This document shows positions 28,771-37,949 of a stretch of 64,000 nucleotides of DNA, piece after piece; position 1 is the stretch's first letter, and each line of letters begins with the position of its first letter. The stretch comes from Candidatus Latescibacterota bacterium (lineage in GTDB: Bacteria > Latescibacterota > UBA2968 > UBA8231), in assembly GCA_965215195.1 (NCBI GenBank), contig CBDCDC010000002.1:2656001-2720000 (forward strand), written 5' to 3'. The translations under genes and the position numbers were made by a program. The notes under the pieces are model-generated. The model did no database searches and was not told the origin of the DNA. It saw only the letters and a program-made list of their open reading frames with translations.

Positions 28771-30804
28771 ATGAAGCGCTTACTTCTCAGTGCGTTGTCC
28801 ATCTTCCTCGTCGGCGCACCCGTGGTGGCCGATGACGAAGCGGATGTCGATGTCTATGAAATGGGAGAAATGATCATCACCGGCTCCAAGCTGCCGCAGA
28901 CGCCGGGGAATGTGACCCAGAAAATCTCCATTATCACCGCCGATGAGATGGGCTCTTTAGTCCTCGGCAACGGCAACCTAGCGGAGGTTCTCTCTTACAG
29001 CCCGGGCAACTTTGCCAACGTCCTCTCCCGCAACGACGCCAACTGGGGATCTTCCGGCGGCCTAGCCCATACGTATAAAGGCTACATGCTCGACGGCTTG
29101 CCCATCGACGCCTTCGTCGATCTCCAGAGCCTCGACCCGTGGGCCTTCCAGCGAGTCGAAGACCAGCGCGGCTCGGCTTCGGTCCTCTATCCGACCTATC
29201 TGGCCATGGACTTTGCCGGCAATCAATCGCCGCTGGCCGGGACGGCCAACTTCATTCTCAAAGAGCGCGTTGGGAGCACCCGCACCAGTGCCTCGGCGTA
29301 CTACGGCTCCTACAACACCATCGGCGGCCGCTTCTTCCACCAGCGCGCGGCCGGCAATCTGCACCTCTTCTTCGGAGGGCACCACGAGGATTCGGACTAC
29401 ACCTACTACGGAACCTTTGACGAGGAGGGCAACAGAAACTCTTGGCTGAATATGGATGACGACCCCGAGTACGAGAAAACCAAGATGTACATGCGGGGAA
29501 CCTACTTCCTCGACGACAGCGGCCAGCGGGCTTCCATTTACGCCCACCGCACTTGGCACACCGGCGATGCCGGCCGCATCAACCGGGACTTCGGCCACGT
29601 CTACACCACCCTGAACGCCGGGTACGCAAACCCAATCTCCGACAGGGCCACCGTCCAAGCCAAGGTCGGCTACCGCGACTACGTGCGCCGCTGGGAGGAG
29701 GATGGCATCTGGGAGGATCCCCCTAGCCGCGAACTGCGCTCGGAAGACGGGGTTGACCAGTCCGTCATACCGGCCGATCTCTCCGTCTCTATCACAACCC
29801 GAGAGGCAGACGTGCTCACCGTGGGTGCCGACTACCAGCTCGCCTCGTACGAGACCTCTCGCGAGACCGGCGAGATGAGTCCCGGCAACGACGCCACGGC
29901 CACGGCCTTGGGATTCTACGCCCAAGAGGAGTTCCGCTTGAACGCCCTCACCCTGCGGGCCGGGGCGCGCTACAACATCATCTCCCACGACATCGACCTG
30001 CTACAGGGTGCTCCTCCAAACGAGACCAGCAACTCCTGGAACAAGCTCCTGTACAGCGCCGGGGCGCGCTACAACCACAGCGACGACCTCTCGGTGTACG
30101 CCAACATAGGCACCAGCTTCAAGGCACCCTCCCTCAAATCGGTGGGTGGCACCGTTCCCCCGGACGGCAAGGGCGGCCATCTCCCGAATCCAGACATCAA
30201 GCCGGAGTCCGGGATCAGCATTGACGTGGGAGCGAACTTCCGGCCCATAGAGGGAGTACAGGTCGGCTTGCGCGGCTTCAACATTGAAATCGACGACCAA
30301 ATCGTGCAGCGGGTGGTGCCAGTAGATCCGGATGATCCCGCGCAGTCGCAGGACATCAACGCCGGCAACACCACGACCAATGGTGTGGAGCTAGAAGTCT
30401 CCCACCGCCTCGACGAGACGGTGGAGTGGTTTGCCAACTACACCTATACCAATGCCGAAGTGCAGGAACACCTCGACGAGAACCAAGTCGGCGCCAAGAT
30501 CAACTTCGTGCCGGAAAATGCGATTGGCGCCGGGGTTCACCTCACCTTCTCGCAGGGCTTGCGGGCGACGGTCACCGTGCAGTCCTACAGCGGCATTTAC
30601 CAAGACATTAACAAGGATTCCGAACCCCTCGACGGGTACATCCTGTTGAACGCGCGCCTCGAGCAGCGCGTCCGCACCCAAGACGGGTACGACCTGAGTC
30701 TCTATCTCGAACCGTACAACATCACCGACCAGACCTTTGAGATGCCGTGGCAGTTTCAGGATCCCGGCTTCTCGGTCAACGGCGGCCTGATGGTCTCCTT
30801 CTAG
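28771..30804 (+). CDS. TonB-dependent outer membrane receptor
   Basis: Signal peptide, IITGSK TonB-box/plug region, NPDIKPE, NYTYTNA, C-terminal Phe. Confidence 0.9.
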   Translation: MKRLLLSALSIFLVGAPVVADDEADVDVYEMGEMIITGSKLPQTPGNVTQKISIITADEMGSLVLGNGNLAEVLSYSPGNFANVLSRNDANWGSSGGLAHTYKGYMLDGLPIDAFVDLQSLDPWAFQRVEDQRGSASVLYPTYLAMDFAGNQSPLAGTANFILKERVGSTRTSASAYYGSYNTIGGRFFHQRAAGNLHLFFGGHHEDSDYTYYGTFDEEGNRNSWLNMDDDPEYEKTKMYMRGTYFLDDSGQRASIYAHRTWHTGDAGRINRDFGHVYTTLNAGYANPISDRATVQAKVGYRDYVRRWEEDGIWEDPPSRELRSEDGVDQSVIPADLSVSITTREADVLTVGADYQLASYETSRETGEMSPGNDATATALGFYAQEEFRLNALTLRAGARYNIISHDIDLLQGAPPNETSNSWNKLLYSAGARYNHSDDLSVYANIGTSFKAPSLKSVGGTVPPDGKGGHLPNPDIKPESGISIDVGANFRPIEGVQVGLRGFNIEIDDQIVQRVVPVDPDDPAQSQDINAGNTTTNGVELEVSHRLDETVEWFANYTYTNAEVQEHLDENQVGAKINFVPENAIGAGVHLTFSQGLRATVTVQSYSGIYQDINKDSEPLDGYILLNARLEQRVRTQDGYDLSLYLEPYNITDQTFEMPWQFQDPGFSVNGGLMVSF

Positions 30805-30854
30805 CAACGCGACCCCCGTTAGGGGCTTCGTGGTGGCCCTAGCAAAAATACGGG

Positions 30855-31967
30855 ATGCCCCTACGCGGATCGCTAATGATTCTACTACATCCTTCTCCCA
30901 CGGCACCTTGGTTCCCGGTTCCCCCCTTCCTCGCAGGAAGGGGGGCTAGGTGGGTAGGTTCCATTCTCCTCGCTCTCCTGCTCGCCGCTTCTTCGGTCCT
31001 CGCAGAGGGCGTGGCGGCCACCGACTTCCGCGGTCGCCGCATCGAGTTGGACAAGCCGGCCGAGCGCATCGTCTGCCTGCTCGAAAGCGCCCTCAGCGGC
31101 CTGTACATGCTCGGGGCCGAAGCGCGGCTCGTCGGCATTTCGACCAATATCTACCAAGAAAGCGTCTTCCCGTACTACGCGGCCATGGACGAACGCATCC
31201 GCGAGCGCACCCTGCCCACGCCGGGGAATTGGGACTTCGTCAACATTGAGAGCATGGTGGCACTGCGGCCGGACCTAGTCATCCTCTGGTCGGGTCAGGA
31301 AGAGTCCATCGCTGCCCTCGAAGAGAAGGGGATTCCGGTCTTCGGAGTTTTCATCGAGCGCTTTGCGGATATTCACCGGGAGATCGCCGCCCTCGGCGAG
31401 CTGACCGACACCCAAGAACGGGCTACCGAGCTTCTCGCCATTGCCCAAGAGGAGTTGGAGGGGGTGCAGCGCAAGACCGCCCTCGGCGAAGGGGAAGCCA
31501 AGCCGCGCGTGTACTTCATGTGGGACCAAGGGCCGCTGGAGACGGCCGGCCGCAACAGCACCGTGCAGGAGCTCATTGATCTGGCCGGGGGAATCAACGT
31601 GGCGGCCGACAGCGAGCTAGAGCACCTCATCGTCAATCTCGAAAACGTTCTCGTCTGGAACCCAGAGCTGATCGTCATGTGGTGCAACGACCGGCTCAAT
31701 GCCGAGGACCTAGGCGAGCTGTCCGGCTGGCGCTCGCTCGCAGCCGTGCGCAACGGGCGAGTACGCGAACTGCCCGATCCCTTCTCGTGCGACTTCTGGA
31801 CCCTCAAGTACATCTTCACCGTCGATCTCGTCGCCCGCTGGTGCCATCCAGACCGCTTTTCCGCAACGGATGTGGAAAAACTACGAGCGGACCTGCTGAA
31901 CAAGCTGTACGGGGGACGGCTCGGGGAACTACCACCCCTCTCATACGGGGCAGGAGACGGCCCGTGA
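30855..31967 (+). CDS. Iron-siderophore/cobalamin ABC substrate-binding protein
   Basis: DFRGRRIEL..PAERIV, NIE....LRPDLV, AGGINV, AVRNGRV; start uncertain. Confidence 0.88.
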   Translation: MPLRGSLMILLHPSPTAPWFPVPPFLAGRGARWVGSILLALLLAASSVLAEGVAATDFRGRRIELDKPAERIVCLLESALSGLYMLGAEARLVGISTNIYQESVFPYYAAMDERIRERTLPTPGNWDFVNIESMVALRPDLVILWSGQEESIAALEEKGIPVFGVFIERFADIHREIAALGELTDTQERATELLAIAQEELEGVQRKTALGEGEAKPRVYFMWDQGPLETAGRNSTVQELIDLAGGINVAADSELEHLIVNLENVLVWNPELIVMWCNDRLNAEDLGELSGWRSLAAVRNGRVRELPDPFSCDFWTLKYIFTVDLVARWCHPDRFSATDVEKLRADLLNKLYGGRLGELPPLSYGAGDGP

Positions 31968-32971
31968 CTAGCGCGTTCCGCCGCCGCCTCATTTACATCC
32001 TGCCGCTGCCGGTCCTCTTCGGCTCCCTGCTGCTCGGCCCTTCGGCCAGTGCCGAGGCAGGGGAAATTCTCGTCTGGCTCTACGGCCTGCTCTTTCGCGG
32101 AGCAGCCGCCGGAACCGAAGAGTCGCTGGTGGGGACAATCGTGTGGGAGGTGCGCCTGCCGCGCATTCTCCTCACCTTTCTGGTGGGGGGGGCCTTGGCC
32201 GCGGCCGGCAATGCCTTGCAGGCCCTGTTTCGCAACCCCCTCGTGGCCCCCTACATCCTCGGGCTTTCCTCCGGGGCCGCTTTTGGCGCGGCCATAGCGC
32301 TGGTCCTGCCGTTTCTTCCGATCCAGCCGACGGCCTTTGGCTTTGGCCTGCTCGCCGTGGGCTTGGCCTACTTCTTGGCCCGCACCCGCAAGACTGTGTC
32401 GGTGGTCTCCCTCATTCTCTCGGGGGTGATCGTCACCGGGATCTTCACCGCTTTGCTGACCATCGTCCAGTTCCTCACCGACCCGTACAAGCTGCAAACT
32501 ATCGTCCATTGGACCATGGGCAACCTGCACAATTCGAGCTGGGCCAAGCTGCGCTCGGCAGCTCCGGGGGTGGGCATCGGCGTGGTCTGGCTCTTTCTCT
32601 TTCGCTGGCGCATGAACGTGCTGGCCCAAGGCGACGAAGAAGCCCGCGCAGTCGGCCTAAACCCGGAGCGGGAGCGGGTGCTAATTCTCATTCCAGCGAC
32701 TTTGGCCGCCTCCGCGGCAATCGCCGTGGCCGGCGTCATCAGCATGATTGGCCTCGCCGTGCCGCACATGGTGCGCATGATGCTGGGGCCGGACAACCGC
32801 CACACCCTGCCGGCCTCCTTTGCCTTTGGCGGGGCCTTTCTGCTGCTGGTCGATACCTGCTCGCGCACGCTGGCCTCCTTTGAAATCCCAGTCGGGGTCT
32901 TCACCACTCTGCTCGGCGGGCCGTTCTTCATCTTCCTCCTCAAAAAGGCGCGGATCGGATGGGAGACCTAG
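31964..32971 (+). CDS. FecCD/BtuC family permease
   Basis: VRLPR, QALFRNPL..P.ILG.SSGA, DEEARAVG, EIPVG; GTG overlaps the upstream stop. Confidence 0.92.
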   Translation: MTSAFRRRLIYILPLPVLFGSLLLGPSASAEAGEILVWLYGLLFRGAAAGTEESLVGTIVWEVRLPRILLTFLVGGALAAAGNALQALFRNPLVAPYILGLSSGAAFGAAIALVLPFLPIQPTAFGFGLLAVGLAYFLARTRKTVSVVSLILSGVIVTGIFTALLTIVQFLTDPYKLQTIVHWTMGNLHNSSWAKLRSAAPGVGIGVVWLFLFRWRMNVLAQGDEEARAVGLNPERERVLILIPATLAASAAIAVAGVISMIGLAVPHMVRMMLGPDNRHTLPASFAFGGAFLLLVDTCSRTLASFEIPVGVFTTLLGGPFFIFLLKKARIGWET

Positions 32972-33732
32972 TGCCGGCCATCCAAGTTGAGCGGCTCTCC
33001 TTTGCCTACGAAGAGAGGCCGATCCTCAACGATATCTCGCTGGAGATCCCGGCGGGGCAGTTCACCGTTCTCCTCGGCAAAAACGGCAGCGGCAAATCAA
33101 CCCTCATGCGCATTCTCGGCGGTTTCCTCGACTTCGAGCGCGGCAAAGTGCGTATCATGGGGGAGGAGCTCCGCTCCTTCTCGTCTCGGCGGCGGGCCCG
33201 CGTCCTCGGCTACCTGCCCCAGCACCACCGGCCGGTCTTTCCCTTTTCCGTGCAGGACGTGGTTCTGACCGGCCGCGCCAGCTACGTCACCTACGTCCCC
33301 AAGCAGGAGGACGTGGAAATCGGCATCGCCGCGCTGGAGCGGGTCGGCATTATCCACCTGAAGGAGCGCCCGTACACCGAGCTGTCGGGGGGCGAGCAAC
33401 AGCTCGTCCGCATCGCCCGGGTTCTGGCCCAGCAGCCCCGTCTCATCCTCCTCGACGAACCCAGTTCGCACCTCGACTTCCTCAACCAAGCGCACCTGCT
33501 GCGCCTAATCCGCGAGTTGGTCGATGCCGACCTCACCGTCCTCGCCGTCCTGCACGACCCCAACAGCGCCTTCCTCTACGGGGATCACTTCATTTTTCTC
33601 AAGGATGGTGCAGTAGAGCGGCTACCAGCGGCCGAACGGCCGTGGGACCGCGACTTCTTGGAGCGGATCTACGACACTGAGATGGATTCAATCCCCTACG
33701 GCGACCGCGCTCTCGTGGTGCCGAAGGGGTGA
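32959..33732 (+). CDS. FepC/BtuD-type ABC ATPase
   Basis: GKNGSGKST, LSGGEQQ, LLDEP, VLHD. Confidence 0.92.
   Translation: MGDLVPAIQVERLSFAYEERPILNDISLEIPAGQFTVLLGKNGSGKSTLMRILGGFLDFERGKVRIMGEELRSFSSRRRARVLGYLPQHHRPVFPFSVQDVVLTGRASYVTYVPKQEDVEIGIAALERVGIIHLKERPYTELSGGEQQLVRIARVLAQQPRLILLDEPSSHLDFLNQAHLLRLIRELVDADLTVLAVLHDPNSAFLYGDHFIFLKDGAVERLPAAERPWDRDFLERIYDTEMDSIPYGDRALVVPKG
33640..33732 (+). repeat. 93-bp perfect direct repeat (3' end of the ATPase up to its TGA); second copy at 34669-34761
   Basis: Base-by-base identical ccgtgggaccgc...ccgaaggggtga. Confidence 0.95.
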
Positions 33733-33845
33733 GGGAACGTGCCGGAGATGAATGCACGTGAGGCATTGTAAGCCGCTGGCCTCCCTATGGCGGCGATCGA
33801 GAAGCGGGTTACCTCAATAACGACGCCTGCGATTCACAATTTGAC

Positions 33846-34475
33846 TCAGGTACGCCTAAACCCTTCGCAAATGCGAGGAATGCAAATACTGCCCCAGCAC
33901 TTCTGGGTCAACTCAGCAGCCTGTGGCGGAAATGCGCCATGTACGACCTTAATGCCTCTTGTTCCCAGAAATTCCACTACGGGAACGAAATCTCGGTCGG
34001 AGGAAGCCAGAACGGCTACATCGTAGTTGGCGACCCAAGCCAGACTGATCATCTCAGTCGCAATTCTCGTGTCAATGCCTTTTTCTTCAGTGCCGCGCAT
34101 GTCCGCGTTGCATCTCGGGCACTGGGACACGACTTGGTGACAGGCCGGGCAGGTCGGCCCCCTGTGCTTGCGCCTCCTCGGCACCATTGTGACGTGTACA
34201 CCGGGAAATGTATTGAGCGTGCGAGTTGACCAGCGGCGCAACTCCTGATCGCGGTCGCTATATGAACCATAGACATTCATTCCCTGATAATCGACATGTG
34301 CAGTCTCGTCGATAATAAGCAAGGCTTCCCGCGCCAAATGTGGACCCAAGGCACGCCAGTCGATCTTGAAATCGGGCCGAGCTTCCCTTACGGAAAGCTC
34401 AAAATTCCAGAAGTCGACGAACACCCTTACGCGAACGCGATGTTCAGCAACGAGCTCATCACGGCACTCATCCAA
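33846..34475 (-). CDS. NYN domain (LabA/DUF88, PIN-like) ribonuclease with CxxC-CxxC insert
   Basis: VFVDFWN, EEKGID, YDVAVLASSDRDFVP, G.KV; CPAC...CPRC. Confidence 0.88.
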   Translation of the reverse strand: MDECRDELVAEHRVRVRVFVDFWNFELSVREARPDFKIDWRALGPHLAREALLIIDETAHVDYQGMNVYGSYSDRDQELRRWSTRTLNTFPGVHVTMVPRRRKHRGPTCPACHQVVSQCPRCNADMRGTEEKGIDTRIATEMISLAWVANYDVAVLASSDRDFVPVVEFLGTRGIKVVHGAFPPQAAELTQKCWGSICIPRICEGFRRT

Positions 34476-34486
34476 ACTTTAACTCC

Positions 34487-34524
34487 AAAAATAAAAACAG
34501 GGACACCCACAAGAGTGTCCCTGT
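34487..34524 (-). terminator. Intrinsic terminator immediately upstream of the NYN start
   Basis: 10-bp stem acagggacac/gtgtccctgt followed on the minus strand by ttttattttt, then GGAG RBS. Confidence 0.75.
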
Positions 34525-34547
34525 CGCATACGCATAGAGTAATAATA

Positions 34548-34589
34548 ATCAAGTGGTCGTTGATCCTGTCTGCCAGGCGACTTCTTGAT
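34548..34589 (-). ncRNA. Candidate structured leader/antitoxin RNA hairpin
   Basis: Nested pairings ATCAAG/CTTGAT, GTCG/CGAC, CCTG/CAGG. Confidence 0.4.
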
Positions 34590-34768
34590 GGATTTTAATA
34601 CTATTCAAAGTAATTGATCATGCCGCTGTTGTCCACACTCCATCGGGTAATCTTTGGATTTTTAGCGACCGTGGGACCGCGACTTCTTGGAGCGGATCTA
34701 CGACACTGAGATGGATTCAATCCCCTACGGCGACCGCGCTCTCGTGGTGCCGAAGGGGTGAACGACCA

Positions 34769-35845
34769 TCAGCCGCTGTGCAGGACGAGGTCGCGGGCGT
34801 CGCCGCTCAGCGGCAGCTCAACCCAAGCACCGCCGGCGCGGTGGGAGGCGTGAAAGGCGATAATCGCCTCCAGAGTACGCACGGCCTCCCCTGCGTCGTA
34901 GGAGAAGGGTCCCGCCCCGTCGAGCCAATGGACGATCTCGGCAACGGCCCGGTCCATGCCGCTACCGGGGAAATCGTCGGGCAGGTACTCGCGGTCGTCG
35001 CCGCGCACGATCTCGATGTCGCGGCCACGGCAGATAGCATAGCCTTCGGTGCCGTGGAAGCGGTGGCGCATAGGCGCGGTGCCGTAGTCGGCTGCGTCAA
35101 CCGTGCAGATCAAATCGCCCCTCGGTGCGCCGGCGGCCGCGGGCAAGTCGCGTCCGAGGCGCAGCAGGCCCCAGCCGCCAGGATCGGCGAAGGCTGCGCC
35201 GCGGCAGTCGGATTTCCCCGACAGGTCAAGGGTGCCGGAGACCGCAGTCACCGGCAGGCCAGTAGCCATCTGCACGGCGTCGATCATGTGCGTACCCACG
35301 TTGCCGAGGCGGCCAGAGGTCCACTGGAGCGAGGCCGAGGTCAGGGTGCCGAGGACACCAGCGGCGATGCGGTCGCGCAGCACCCGATAGCCGGGGTGGA
35401 AGCGCAGGTTGTGGTTGATGACGAGCAGGGCACCGGCCTCGTTACAGGCGGACAACATGCCCTCGGCCTCGGTGACCGTCGCCGCAACGGGCTTTTCGCA
35501 GTAGATGGCGCGGACACCAGCTTCCACTGCCGCTTGGGTGATCTCGGCGTGGACGGGCGTGTACGTGGCAACCGAGACGATGTCGAGGGGCGCGGCCGCG
35601 CCGAACATCTCGCGCCAGTCGGCGAACACGGGCACGCCATAGCGCGCGTGGAAACGCGCGCGTCGCCCGTCGTCGCGGCTGCTACCAGCGACTAGATCGA
35701 CCCGGTCGTGGTTGCGCAGTGCCCCTACGTGCGTACCGTCGAGATCCTCAACGCGCTGGCCGAGGGCGTCGCCCGAGACCTGATCCGCACCCCCGATAAA
35801 GCCCAGCCCCACGATTGCTGCACGGTATCTCGTTTCTCCTGTCAT
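34769..35845 (-). CDS. Gfo/Idh/MocA family oxidoreductase
   Basis: IVGLGFIG, YCEKP, GTHMID; aggagg RBS. Confidence 0.9.
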   Translation of the reverse strand: MTGETRYRAAIVGLGFIGGADQVSGDALGQRVEDLDGTHVGALRNHDRVDLVAGSSRDDGRRARFHARYGVPVFADWREMFGAAAPLDIVSVATYTPVHAEITQAAVEAGVRAIYCEKPVAATVTEAEGMLSACNEAGALLVINHNLRFHPGYRVLRDRIAAGVLGTLTSASLQWTSGRLGNVGTHMIDAVQMATGLPVTAVSGTLDLSGKSDCRGAAFADPGGWGLLRLGRDLPAAAGAPRGDLICTVDAADYGTAPMRHRFHGTEGYAICRGRDIEIVRGDDREYLPDDFPGSGMDRAVAEIVHWLDGAGPFSYDAGEAVRTLEAIIAFHASHRAGGAWVELPLSGDARDLVLHSG

Positions 35846-35875
35846 AGCATTCCTCCTAGACATTGCCCCAAATCA

Positions 35876-37024
35876 TCAGACCCCGAGGCCCAGTACGCGC
35901 GCACAGGTCCCTCCCATGATCGCAGCCAGATCCTCGGCCGAGAGGAACTCGCAGTAGTCCTCAATCCAGCGGCGAGACTGGCGATAGGTGCAGAAGCGGT
36001 TCTGGAAGGGCATGTCAGTACCCCACAGCAGCCGCTCGGCCCCGATGCGCTCAACCATCTGCTCAAGCGTCGGCCACAACTCGCGGTACGGGTAGTCAAA
36101 CAAGTCGCCAAGGCGCACCGGGAAGCAGACCTCTAAGCTCAGATTCGGATTGGCGAAGGGAGCCCATATCTCGTCGGGCAGCTCGATCCGGCTCGGGGAG
36201 CCGGAGGGATCGTCGTCGAGGAAGAGACGCCACGGGAAGCCATGCGTGAGGCTGCAAAGCGTTTCCGGGTAGCGCTCCATCCAGCGCACCAAGATGTCGA
36301 GCTCAGCTAGGTAGCCGCGACGCCGGCTCTCCACGGTCTGCAACACCGACGCTTCGCCCGGCCCGGTGCCGAGCGTGAAGAACACCGGCACGCCGAGCGC
36401 GGCCACCGCCTCCCAGAACGGACGCAGGTGCTCCCCATCCCACGGATCGGAGCGGTAGTAGTAAGCGTGGGGCGGGTTGAACTTGATGGCGTGCAGGCCG
36501 TGCTTCTCGACAGCAGCGACCGTCTCGGCGATGACGGCATCAAGTTCGCCGGCCAAGCGCCACTCATCGACCGGAGCCATCGAATAGATGCGCTCTGGAT
36601 CGGCAGCCACCGACTCCGCTTGGAAGGCGGGATCGCGGCCCAGCATGGCATCGACGTGCAACAGAACCTTATCGACGCCGGCGTAGTCCATCTCGGCCAG
36701 CAGATTGTGGGGCGTGTATTCCAAGTGGGGCAAGTTGGGCGGATAGAACTGCTTGGTGAAGTCCTCGCCGTCAATCGTCCACACCACCCGTCCCTTGTCG
36801 TGGTCAACGCGGAAGTTGACGTCGGGCAAGTTGTCGAAATCCATGGCCCCACCGGGCGCTGCCAGCACATCCGCAGAGGCCGGTGCGCGGTCGCGGATGC
36901 GCCAAGCGGGCTGGTGGTGAGAGGCCTGACCGCCCTGGACCCAGCGCAGGTGGTCGGCCGCGGTGGGATGCCCGGCAGGAGAGTCAGCCGGGGGGAAGCA
37001 GTAGGCGTGGGAGTCGATAATCAT
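35876..37024 (-). CDS. Amidohydrolase_2 family protein
   Basis: IIDSHAY, MDYAGVDK, LLWGTDMP, IMGG. Confidence 0.88.
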   Translation of the reverse strand: MIIDSHAYCFPPADSPAGHPTAADHLRWVQGGQASHHQPAWRIRDRAPASADVLAAPGGAMDFDNLPDVNFRVDHDKGRVVWTIDGEDFTKQFYPPNLPHLEYTPHNLLAEMDYAGVDKVLLHVDAMLGRDPAFQAESVAADPERIYSMAPVDEWRLAGELDAVIAETVAAVEKHGLHAIKFNPPHAYYYRSDPWDGEHLRPFWEAVAALGVPVFFTLGTGPGEASVLQTVESRRRGYLAELDILVRWMERYPETLCSLTHGFPWRLFLDDDPSGSPSRIELPDEIWAPFANPNLSLEVCFPVRLGDLFDYPYRELWPTLEQMVERIGAERLLWGTDMPFQNRFCTYRQSRRWIEDYCEFLSAEDLAAIMGGTCARVLGLGV

Positions 37025-37401
37025 GGCAGTACCTTGGCAGTCGCGGCCGGAGGTCAGGAGAGTTCCCGCGCAAATTCGCAGGTCCAATCGACGACCCGGA
37101 AACCGTAGAAGGAAGGGTATATCTCTTAGAGAATGATGTCAACGAGTAGTGGGTCTCTTTGAAAATTACACGGGCGGCGGGGGTGGACGGATCGTGCGGC
37201 ACACTCGGCGTCCGAGGACTAGCGTAAAAATTCAAAGGGACCCACCACGAATCTTCTACGCCGAATTTAAGTATCGAGCGCAGCTTGACCCACCATTAGA
37301 AACGCCGTTTATTCGGCCCATCTACTGTCGCCTCCAACCTTGCGCAACCACGGCTCCCATCTCCCCAAGACATTCTCTGTGCCGAAATCACCCGTCGAAT
37401 C

Positions 37402-37767
37402 ACGCCTAAGAAAATCAGAGAATTAATTCAGAACTTGAGAAAAGCGGGATTTTACGAAATTTCTGGTGGAGGCAAAGGATCGCATAGAAAATTTGCCCAT
37501 GATCGCTATCGCGGCGTCGTTACACTCAGCGGAAATTTTGGCAATGACGCAAAACCATATAGAACAGCAAGTCCAAAGCGCAGTGAAGGAAGTTAAAAAA
37601 TGAAAGCCATTGATCGGTACCATAAATGGGTGGAGTGGAGTGAAGAAGACCAAGTATATATCGGCCAATGTCCGGACTTGATTACGGGAATTCACGGCGA
37701 CGATCCGCTGCAGGTTTATGAAACTGTGTGACGTCATAGCAGACGTTATTCACCATTTCGAGTCTAA
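37402..37767 (+). pseudogene. Degenerate hicA-hicB pair
   Basis: ACG instead of ATG, then PKKIRELIQNLRKAGF...GKGSHRKF.H...DAKPY (frameshift); hicB from 37600 (RYHKWVEWSEEDQVYIGQCPDL..GIHGDD) is frameshifted and cut by a MITE. Confidence 0.8.
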
Positions 37768-37911
37768 GAAGCGGTCTGAAAATTCCGGGTATCGCCCTTG
37801 TATGTAGCAAACAATCGAGGATCGAGGGCGTCTCGCCCTCGAAAAACGCGCCATCCGAGGGCCTCTCAACCGCTGCTCAACGCGGTTCGCCGAGGGTTTG
37901 CAGACCGCTTC
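37768..37911. mobile_element. MITE family B (IS5-like ends), 144 bp
   Basis: TIRs gaagcggtctgaaaa / tttgcagaccgcttc, flanked by taa/tta; homologue at 59420-59557. Confidence 0.72.
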
Positions 37912-37949
37912 TTAACGGAAACGATTCCCCATCCCCGAAAGGCTTTCGC

